DNA from: Clostridia bacterium | Lineage (GTDB): Bacteria > Bacillota > Clostridia > Oscillospirales > RGIG7773 | NCBI GenBank assembly: GCA_017554835.1 | Contig: JAFZHO010000039.1 | Location: 106 to 64,105 of the forward strand | DNA length: 64,000 nt | Direction of reading: 5' to 3' | Shown here: positions 57,648 through 64,000 of the stretch, piece by piece | Layout: every line of letters starts with the position of its first letter | Position numbering within the stretch: the stretch's first letter is position 1 | The notes under the pieces: generated by a model | Told to the model about the DNA's origin: nothing | The model's database searches: none | Seen by the model: the letters and a program-made list of their open reading frames with translations, nothing else | Program-made: the position numbers and the translations under genes

Positions 57648-59085
57648 CTTTGAAAGAAAAGATAAAAATTTAGTTTGGTTATCAGCTATTATAGGAATTT
57701 TATATTTTATGCTGGTGTTTTTTGAAGGGCACGGAATAGGAACAGTAGTATTCTTTCTGTGCTATTACGGAATGGTTTTCTATGCCGGAAAAGGCGAGGA
57801 AAATTTTTCAGCAAGAAAAGGAAGGATATTTTTAATTCCGATTAGTGTATTGATGCTGTGTTTTTTAATATATGATAATTCTGTGCTGAACTTTTTTAAT
57901 GTTCCTTTGATGATAATATTGATAACACTTCATACCGCCACTATGTTTTCTAAAAATGATTCTGAAAACCCTGTCGTTTTGTTTTTTAGAGGATTTTTCA
58001 AAAGCTCTGTTTTGAACGGAGACAAAATGTTCAAAGTAATTATGGCAAAAGAAGAAAAATCTAAAAACAAAACAGGGCTGGGAATTTTTATAGGCGTTTT
58101 GGTGGGGCTTCCTATTTTTGCAGTTGTAACGGGGCTTCTATGTTCAGCTGACCAGAGATTTAGTCAGGTAACCGCAAAATTGCTTAATTTTATAAACGTT
58201 GATTTTCTGTCAGTTATTTCGGATATAGTTTTGGGAATTTGCCTGAGTGTATTTATTTACGGTGCGATTTTTTATAACAGACATACCACTGAAATACAGG
58301 AACAAAAACAACTAAACTCTTTTGTTATTAATCAGGCCGTGGGAACGACCGTATTATTTATGGTAAGTATCTCGTATATACTTTATCTTGTTTTGCAGTT
58401 TGAGTATTTATTTTCTGCTATAAGCGGAAAGTTACCGGAAAATTTTATCTATTCCCAATATGCAAGAAGCGGATTTTTTGAACTATTTATTATAGCGGTC
58501 ATTAACTTTGTGTTAGTAGTATTTTTCGCAAATACAGGAAAGGGAAAAGTGCTGAAAACTGCGGTATTATTGGTTTCCTCTATAACATTGCTTCTTATTA
58601 TATCCTCCGTTTCCAAAATGATTCTTTATATAAGAGAATATGATTTGACAAGACTTCGTGTTTATACAACATGGTTTATGGCAGTTTTGTTTATTATATT
58701 CGTATTCATAATAGTTAAAATGTTTAATGAAAAGATTAAGATATTTAATAGTTCTTTAGCAATTTTTTTATCAATGTATCTGATTTTGAATATTGTCAAT
58801 ACTGACGGAATAATCGGAAGATACAATACAGAAAACTATATGAACGGAAGCAGAGAGACAATAGATATAGAAAATATTGCGTCTTTGTCTGACAGCGGAA
58901 TTATATATCTTGAAAAAATAGCGGAGGGAGATTATCCTGAGTCAGAACAGGCGACCTATGCCCTTTGTAAACGAAAAGACTATATAAATAATAAAAAAGA
59001 TTGGCTGGAATTTAATATTTCCACCCTGATATTGAAGGAAAAACTTAAAAATATAGACGAAACAGTATATGTATATTATGATTAA
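57640..59085 (+). CDS. Polytopic membrane protein (DUF4153/DUF4173-like)
   Basis: About 10 TM helices. The ATG at 57640 overlaps the HTH stop in an ATGA-type overlap, suggesting translational coupling. Confidence 0.5.
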   Translation: MNNFERKDKNLVWLSAIIGILYFMLVFFEGHGIGTVVFFLCYYGMVFYAGKGEENFSARKGRIFLIPISVLMLCFLIYDNSVLNFFNVPLMIILITLHTATMFSKNDSENPVVLFFRGFFKSSVLNGDKMFKVIMAKEEKSKNKTGLGIFIGVLVGLPIFAVVTGLLCSADQRFSQVTAKLLNFINVDFLSVISDIVLGICLSVFIYGAIFYNRHTTEIQEQKQLNSFVINQAVGTTVLFMVSISYILYLVLQFEYLFSAISGKLPENFIYSQYARSGFFELFIIAVINFVLVVFFANTGKGKVLKTAVLLVSSITLLLIISSVSKMILYIREYDLTRLRVYTTWFMAVLFIIFVFIIVKMFNEKIKIFNSSLAIFLSMYLILNIVNTDGIIGRYNTENYMNGSRETIDIENIASLSDSGIIYLEKIAEGDYPESEQATYALCKRKDYINNKKDWLEFNISTLILKEKLKNIDETVYVYYD

Positions 59086-59115
59086 ATTCCGTCAGGAATA
59101 AAGGTTGACAAATGA

Positions 59116-59145
59116 CAATTATTGAGCTTGTATAATTAAAGATTT
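59116..59145. repeat. Copy 2 of the 30-bp perfect direct repeat (non-coding relic of the rplQ 3' end)
   Basis: Identical to 56795-56824. It is preceded by gttgacaaatga (59104-15), which also occurs at 56904-15. Confidence 0.9.
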
Positions 59146-59150
59146 AAAAA

Positions 59151-59180
59151 GCATTGTCGAGTTTTCGGCAATGCTTTTTT
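59151..59180 (+). terminator. Rho-independent terminator
   Basis: Stem gcattgtcga/tcggcaatgc (one G-U pair) followed by a T6 run. Confidence 0.7.
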
Positions 59181-59182
59181 AT

Positions 59183-59210
59183 TGACAAAATCACGATAAT
59201 ATTATATTAT
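59183..59210 (+). promoter_or_regulatory. Promoter for the queT leader
   Basis: TTGACA, a 16-nt spacer, then TATTAT. Confidence 0.55.
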
Positions 59211-59219
59211 ACTTATTAC

Positions 59220-59262
59220 GAGATGTTCCCTTGCATAACCATCTCAAATAAAAAACAAGGAG
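59220..59262 (+). promoter_or_regulatory. preQ1-I riboswitch (translational; A-rich tail runs into the SD)
   Basis: GAGAUG-UUCCCUUGCAUAAC-CAUCUC-AAAUAAAAAACAAGGAG parallels the B. subtilis queC aptamer AGAGG-UUC...-CCUCU-AUAAAAAACUAAGG. A queT gene lies downstream. Confidence 0.8.
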
Positions 59263-59270
59263 AAATTTTT

Positions 59271-59768
59271 ATGAAAAAAACCCCATTGAAGTTAACGAGG
59301 GGTGCGCTTATAGCCGCCAGCTACGTTGTTGTCACACTTTTAACAGCGTCTTTTGCTTATAAGGACATTCAGTTTCGTGTTGCGGAGATACTGATGCTTT
59401 TGTGTTTTTATAAAAAAGACTATATCCTGCCACTTTCTCTCGGGTGCGCTTTTGCAAATCTTTTTAGTCCCATGGCGCTTATGGATATAACTTTTGGAAC
59501 ACTTGCAACGGTTTTTGCCGCTATTTTTATGTGGAAATGCAAAAATATTTATATTGCCGCTTTGTTTCCCGTTTTATTCAACGCGGTAATCGTCGGTGCG
59601 GAGCTTAGAATAATGTTTGATATGCCGTTTTTGCTTTCTGCTCTTTCGGTAGGAGCGGGAGAACTTGCCGTTATGGTGGCGGGAGTTATTTTATTCAAAA
59701 CCGTTCTTGAAAAAAGAGACGTTTTTCAGAAGGTTTTTGAGCCGGAAAAGTTTACAAAATCTTATTAA
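59271..59768 (+). CDS. queT: Queuosine-precursor transporter QueT (ECF S component)
   Basis: About 165 aa with 5-6 TM helices, directly behind a preQ1 riboswitch. RBS AAGGAG precedes the ATG at 59271. Confidence 0.7.
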   Translation: MKKTPLKLTRGALIAASYVVVTLLTASFAYKDIQFRVAEILMLLCFYKKDYILPLSLGCAFANLFSPMALMDITFGTLATVFAAIFMWKCKNIYIAALFPVLFNAVIVGAELRIMFDMPFLLSALSVGAGELAVMVAGVILFKTVLEKRDVFQKVFEPEKFTKSY

Positions 59769-59810
59769 GTGATATAATATTTCTATATATTTTATTAAGG
59801 AGAAAAAACT

Positions 59811-60674
59811 ATGAAAAAAATTGGATTTATTGATTATTATATTGATGAATGGCACGCTAATAACTATCCTATCTGGATAAAAGAAAGCTCACTTGGAAGC
59901 GAGTTCGAAGTATCTTATGCCTACGAAATGATTCACCCGGAAGGAAAAACCCATATCGACGAGTGGTGCAAAAATTTTGGCGTTCAGAAATGCGATACCA
60001 TTGAAGAACTTGTTGAGAAAAGTGACTGCATAATCGTTTTATCTCCCGATAATTCCGAAATGCACGAAGAACTTTCTCAGATTCCTCTAAAATCAGGAAA
60101 ACCTACATACATCGATAAAACCTTTGCTCCAAGCTATAAAGAAGCAAAAAGAATAATCGATTTGGCAGTTTCTAATAATACTCCAATGTATTCAACTTCT
60201 GCTTTGAGATTTGCTGACCAGATTGTTAATATGGATAGTGAAAAATTTAATAGAGATACTATTGATTTTGTCAGCACAAGAGGTTCAGGCGTTTTGCATA
60301 TTTACGTAATTCATCAGGTTGAAATGGTAGTTCGACTTATGGGCGTTGGTGCAAAATCCGTAACAAATATCGGAACAAAGGCGGCTCCCGTATTTTCTAT
60401 CGCTTATAAAGACGGCAGAAAAGCAGTTATCAATATGACTAAATTTGCGCCATATAGCTTTATGGTTCAGAATAAGGACGAGACGGGCTTTGTTTGCGAC
60501 GGAGTAACAAGACATTTCGAAAACTTTATCGAAGCAATGCTTAAATTTTTCAATACAGGAAAATCTCCTGTTCCATTTGAAGAAACTCTTGAATGTATGG
60601 CTTTAATCGAGGCGTGCTGCAAGGTATACGATATGCCGGAATATTCAACAATTAATCTTGATGATTGCAAATAA
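59811..60674 (+). CDS. Hypothetical protein, Gfo/Idh/MocA-oxidoreductase-like fold with a degenerate dinucleotide motif
   Basis: The layout KIGFIDYY...VEKSDCIIVLSPDNS.H.E......GKPTYIDKTFA resembles that family but lacks GxGxxG. The call is weak. Confidence 0.35.
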   Translation: MKKIGFIDYYIDEWHANNYPIWIKESSLGSEFEVSYAYEMIHPEGKTHIDEWCKNFGVQKCDTIEELVEKSDCIIVLSPDNSEMHEELSQIPLKSGKPTYIDKTFAPSYKEAKRIIDLAVSNNTPMYSTSALRFADQIVNMDSEKFNRDTIDFVSTRGSGVLHIYVIHQVEMVVRLMGVGAKSVTNIGTKAAPVFSIAYKDGRKAVINMTKFAPYSFMVQNKDETGFVCDGVTRHFENFIEAMLKFFNTGKSPVPFEETLECMALIEACCKVYDMPEYSTINLDDCK

Positions 60675-60728
60675 TCCTTGAATCAAAGAGGTATTTTTGG
60701 TATAATAGATAGGTAATACTAAAATAGG

Positions 60729-62219
60729 ATGGTGATTTTTTTGGCAAGTCTTGCTCAAAAAGAATATTCCAAAAATATATGCTGCGCTATTGCACTTGTG
60801 GTTTTATTTCCCGCAATTTTTATAGTAAATCTGCAGATTCGTTCAGGTGCATCAATTTATACTAAGTTGATAATCCCCCTTATAATCGCAATTTGCTTTG
60901 CTATAGCGTTTCTTATAGTTTCTTTTTATGATAAATTCAAACCCGTTAAATTAAAAGATTACCAGTGGGCTTTGATTGCTTTTGCAGGTGCAATTTTAAT
61001 ATCTGCAATTTTATTCTGGATAGCCCTTGGCACCGGTAAACTTGATTATTGGAAGGATGCATATCATCAGAACTATTCTCCAATTATAGGATATATCGGC
61101 GGCAGCGCAAGAATGGAAGGACTTCTGGCTTTCTTCTGCTACTTTATGTATTTTATCGCATCAAGCTCCATTACCGATAAAAAATATATGAAGGTTATTA
61201 TCGGCGTATTTATCGGAATCCTTGTAATCTCTTCTTTCTTTGCGATTTTGGAGCATTTTGGCCATATGTATAAGGATAGCAAAGGTAACTACATAAGACC
61301 AAAAGTTTTCTGCGGAAACTCAAACTTCTTTGCAAGTTTTACTACTTTGGGTATTGCGGTTTTGAGTTCTTATATAGTTAACACTAAAAAAACAAAAATG
61401 CTTGCTCTTGCAATTCCAACATATATTCTTGTTTGCTTTGCGACTATTTATAATAACTCACGAAGCGCTTGGATCGGTTCAGGTCTTGCGTGGCTAAGTA
61501 TTTTCGCTCTTATAATTTGGGAATTTGCAAAAGATCGCAAATTCAAAGAGCTACTTAAAAAAGGCCTTCTTCTGATGCTATGCGGAATTTTGTTCCTTAG
61601 CGTTCTTGTGATGGTGGTTAAGGTTCTTGAACCAAAAACATATTCAACAAGAATGGAAGCAACAATTGATCAGCTATCAGCTTCAGATGATAAGGTTGAA
61701 TCAAAACCTTCTGAAACCCAGGATGCAGCAACTAAGCTATATAACGAAACCTACGTTAAATGGGGCTCAGGTCGTGGCCATTCATTTAAATGGGGTATTA
61801 AAATGCTTTCAGAGAACCCCATATTTGGAACAGGTCCTGATAACTTCAGATTTGCATATCCAAGCGAAGCGTTTGACGAAAGTAAAAGCGCTTACGGAAA
61901 AGCTCTTGCATTTGATAAAGCCCATAACGAATACGTTCATTTAGGTTCAACTCTTGGTATCGTTGGATTATTTGCATATTTGATATTTGTAACTTTGATA
62001 TGTATCAAAGGATTTGGCGATATAAAAAGGGAGAAAGAGGCATATAACGATAACGAAATAATCAAGAAAATGATGTTTGCGGCAGTTATCGGATATTTGG
62101 GACAGGCGTATTTCAATATAAGCGTTCTCCAGGTTGCGCCTTTCTTCTGGACCTTTATGGGAATTTTGGTTGCCGACTATTTCCCAAAAAGAGTTATAAA
62201 AAAGACTAAAAAAGCATAA
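60729..62219 (+). CDS. O-antigen ligase / Wzy_C-family polytopic membrane protein
   Basis: About 12 TM helices. NNSRSAWIGSGLAW and a later AHNEYVHLGSTLGIVGL match the O-antigen-ligase-type motif. The start codon is uncertain: ATG 60729, or TTG 60741 with better RBS spacing. Confidence 0.65.
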   Translation: MVIFLASLAQKEYSKNICCAIALVVLFPAIFIVNLQIRSGASIYTKLIIPLIIAICFAIAFLIVSFYDKFKPVKLKDYQWALIAFAGAILISAILFWIALGTGKLDYWKDAYHQNYSPIIGYIGGSARMEGLLAFFCYFMYFIASSSITDKKYMKVIIGVFIGILVISSFFAILEHFGHMYKDSKGNYIRPKVFCGNSNFFASFTTLGIAVLSSYIVNTKKTKMLALAIPTYILVCFATIYNNSRSAWIGSGLAWLSIFALIIWEFAKDRKFKELLKKGLLLMLCGILFLSVLVMVVKVLEPKTYSTRMEATIDQLSASDDKVESKPSETQDAATKLYNETYVKWGSGRGHSFKWGIKMLSENPIFGTGPDNFRFAYPSEAFDESKSAYGKALAFDKAHNEYVHLGSTLGIVGLFAYLIFVTLICIKGFGDIKREKEAYNDNEIIKKMMFAAVIGYLGQAYFNISVLQVAPFFWTFMGILVADYFPKRVIKKTKKA

Positions 62220-62221
62220 TA

Positions 62222-62254
62222 TAAAAAAGTCTTCGGAATTCTCCGAAGACTTTT
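62222..62254 (+). terminator. Rho-independent terminator
   Basis: Stem aagtcttcggagaatt-type palindrome (agtcttcggaattctccgaagact) followed by a T-run. Confidence 0.8.
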
Positions 62255-62325
62255 GCTTTTAATCTTTTGAAATGAATATTGATTTTTATATCAAAATGTT
62301 TTATAATACAATATGTTGAAAATAA

Positions 62326-62402
62326 CGAGATGTGGCTCAGCTTGGTGGAGCGCCACGTTCGGGACGTGGAGGTCGCAAGTTCAAATCTTGTCATCTCGAC
62401 CA
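62326..62402 (+). tRNA. tRNA-Pro (anticodon CGG), CCA encoded
   Basis: Hand-folded cloverleaf: acceptor CGAGAUG/CAUCUCG, D-arm GCUC/GAGC, anticodon stem CCACG/CGUGG with loop UUCGGGA, T-arm GCAAG-UUCAAAU-CUUGU, 3' ACCA. Length 77 nt. Confidence 0.9.
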
Positions 62403-62407
62403 GAAAA

Positions 62408-62449
62408 AGACCGAAGTTGAAAGATAAAATCTTCAATTTCGGTCTTTTT
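62408..62449 (+). terminator. Rho-independent terminator after tRNA-Pro
   Basis: 14-bp stem agaccgaagttgaa/ttcaatttcggtct followed by a T-run. Confidence 0.8.
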
Positions 62450-62549
62450 ATTATATCTTTTTTCAAAACTCTCTTGATTTTTAATAGCAAACCAAGTATA
62501 ATAATGATTAAATGTTTAATTATTAACTGTTTAACGAAAGGAGAGTTTT

Positions 62550-62987
62550 ATGTCGAAGGAGAAGCTTTTTCGGGCTATTGAAATGATGATAAAAATCAAT
62601 AAACTGCACCACGAAATGATAGACTACCGAGCAAAAGAGATTGGTATGCATCAAACTCAGCATAGAATTCTGATGCATCTGGCACGAGACGCAAAGTTTT
62701 CCTCTCAGAAGGAACTTGCTGATCGTCTTCGGATAACTCCTGCGGCCGTTACCGTTGCGCTAAAAAAGATTGAGCAGGACGGCTACGTGGAGCGAGCACT
62801 TGGCCATGATGCAAGGTATAACGAACTTCGCATAACGGAGAAGGGGAGAGAGCTTGTTAATCGGACGAGAGAGATTTTTCAGGCGGCAGATACTGCTATG
62901 TTTGAAAATTTTTCTGATGAAGAACTTGATAGTTATATATCCTGTCTTTCAAAAATGCAGTCAAATATAGAAAAACAAACTTTTTAG
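62550..62987 (+). CDS. MarR-family transcriptional regulator
   Basis: Winged-HTH pattern QTQHRILMHLAR....SQKELADRLRITPAAVTVALKKIEQDGYVER. The promoter upstream is TTGATT, a 17-nt spacer, then TATAAT. Confidence 0.85.
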   Translation: MSKEKLFRAIEMMIKINKLHHEMIDYRAKEIGMHQTQHRILMHLARDAKFSSQKELADRLRITPAAVTVALKKIEQDGYVERALGHDARYNELRITEKGRELVNRTREIFQAADTAMFENFSDEELDSYISCLSKMQSNIEKQTF

Positions 62988-63002
62988 AAAGGATTTATTA
63001 TA

Positions 63003-64000
63003 ATGAAAAGATGGATGAAATACATAAAGCCATACCTCTCTTCCTTTATACTTGGACCTTGCGGAATGATGGTAGAGGTTATAGGCGAAATGTTTATGCC
63101 TTTGATACTTGGTATGATAATTAATGATGGTTATGAAGGCACTCTAACGGTAGGAAAAAGCATTGGCTATGCGGCGATGCTTTTTGGAATAGTTATTATA
63201 ATGATGACGGGTGGCGTTGCGGGAGCATATTTTGGCTCCAAAGCATCGGTAAACTTTGCCGCCGATTTAAGGCGTGACGTTTATAGAAAAATACAGAAAT
63301 ATTCTTTCTCAAATATTGATAAATTCTCCCCAAGCTCTCTTGTTACAAGAATGACAAACGACGTAACTCAGCTTCAGAATTTTGTTAATATGATTTTGAG
63401 AATGGCTCTTCGAAGCCCGGGTATGTTTATAGGCGGAATTATTATGGCTATAAGTCTTCGTCCGTCTCTTTCCGTTATTCTGATGGTAACTATGCCTATT
63501 ATGCTTATTTCTATTGCTATGCTTATAAAAATGGGTATGCCAAGATTTGCAAATCTTCAGAAAAAGGTTGATAAATTAAACGGAACAGTCCGCGAAAACG
63601 TAACAAACGTGAGGGTTGTTAAATCCTTTGTTCGTGAAGATTACGAGATAGATAAGTTTGAAAAAGATAATGGCGAACTTAAAAATTCCAGCGTTAATGC
63701 CGTAAAGATTATGATATATATGGGCCCCGTGATGAATCTTTTTATGTATGCTACTATTATTGCGATTATCTGGCTTGGTCACGGTGAGGTTCTTGAGATG
63801 GGTATGCCCGTTGGTGACCTTTCTGCGTTTATTAACTATGCAACTCAGATACTTTCATCACTTATGATGGTTTCCTTTTTATTTATGACTTCGTCCCGTG
63901 CTATGGCTTCTGCAAAGAGAATTTGCGAGGTTCTTGACGAGGTTCCCGATATTCAGGATATTGAAGGCGCAGATGCTTCAAAAGAGGTTGTAGCAGGAGA
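63003..64000 (+). CDS. ABC exporter, fused permease/ATPase (multidrug-type), truncated at the window end
   Basis: My own translation from the ATG at 63003 gives MKRWMKYIKPYLSSFILGPCGMMVEVIGEMFMPLILG..., an ABC type-1 exporter TMD. The frame stays open to base 64000. The gene is not in the ORF track because no stop is reached. Confidence 0.75.
   Translation, partial: MKRWMKYIKPYLSSFILGPCGMMVEVIGEMFMPLILGMIINDGYEGTLTVGKSIGYAAMLFGIVIIMMTGGVAGAYFGSKASVNFAADLRRDVYRKIQKYSFSNIDKFSPSSLVTRMTNDVTQLQNFVNMILRMALRSPGMFIGGIIMAISLRPSLSVILMVTMPIMLISIAMLIKMGMPRFANLQKKVDKLNGTVRENVTNVRVVKSFVREDYEIDKFEKDNGELKNSSVNAVKIMIYMGPVMNLFMYATIIAIIWLGHGEVLEMGMPVGDLSAFINYATQILSSLMMVSFLFMTSSRAMASAKRICEVLDEVPDIQDIEGADASKEVVAG

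Noticed and set aside
62495-62549. Possible MarR operator (tgtttaa direct repeat and AT-rich near-palindrome between the promoter and the RBS).
   Set aside because: The sequence is almost pure A/T, so palindromic matches are expected by chance. I make no confident site call.

Overview
This is a low-GC Firmicutes/Clostridia-type chromosomal segment, mostly core housekeeping genes. The right half (41.3-56.8 kb, + strand) is a complete S10-spc-alpha ribosomal-protein cluster running rpsJ...rplO-secY-adk-map-KOW protein-infA-rpmJ-rpsM-rpsK-rpsD-rpoA-rplQ. rpmJ (53751..53864) is absent from the ORF track.

The left half carries:
- a leaderless DUF11 protein and an FtsX/ABC pair
- a 2-hydroxyacid dehydrogenase, PduL and a MATE exporter
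- a TtcA-like/unknown/BioY operon
- rplM-rpsI
- a 994-aa SLH-anchored surface protein
- an XRE/SLOG-like gene pair
- an M23 peptidase
- a dnaD-dnaI-like/membrane protein/cca operon
- prfB-trmB and a GH2 beta-galactosidase
- an RR-HK-murA-MBL hydrolase cluster

Between the two halves lie a TPP riboswitch with thiT, an amino-acid ABC importer, glnA, ddh, and a ROK kinase with nanE. After rplQ come a DUF2975/HTH/DUF4173-like cassette, a preQ1-I riboswitch with queT, an O-antigen-ligase-like protein, tRNA-Pro(CGG), MarR and a truncated ABC exporter.

I found no CRISPR array, rRNA, transposase or integrase, and no clear multi-gene novel system such as a defence island. The observations most worth a second look are:
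- a one-orientation cluster of DnaA boxes at a gene-orientation switch (30.67-30.80 kb), with no dnaA gene nearby
- two unassigned structured leaders, about 370 nt upstream of rpsJ and about 180 nt upstream of the MATE gene
- two cassette insertions, each bracketed by perfect direct repeats that duplicate the 3' end of a flanking gene (46 bp around the ABC cassette, 30 bp around the post-rplQ cassette)
- an atypical L24

All functional calls come from reading the translated motifs by eye. No database search was run.
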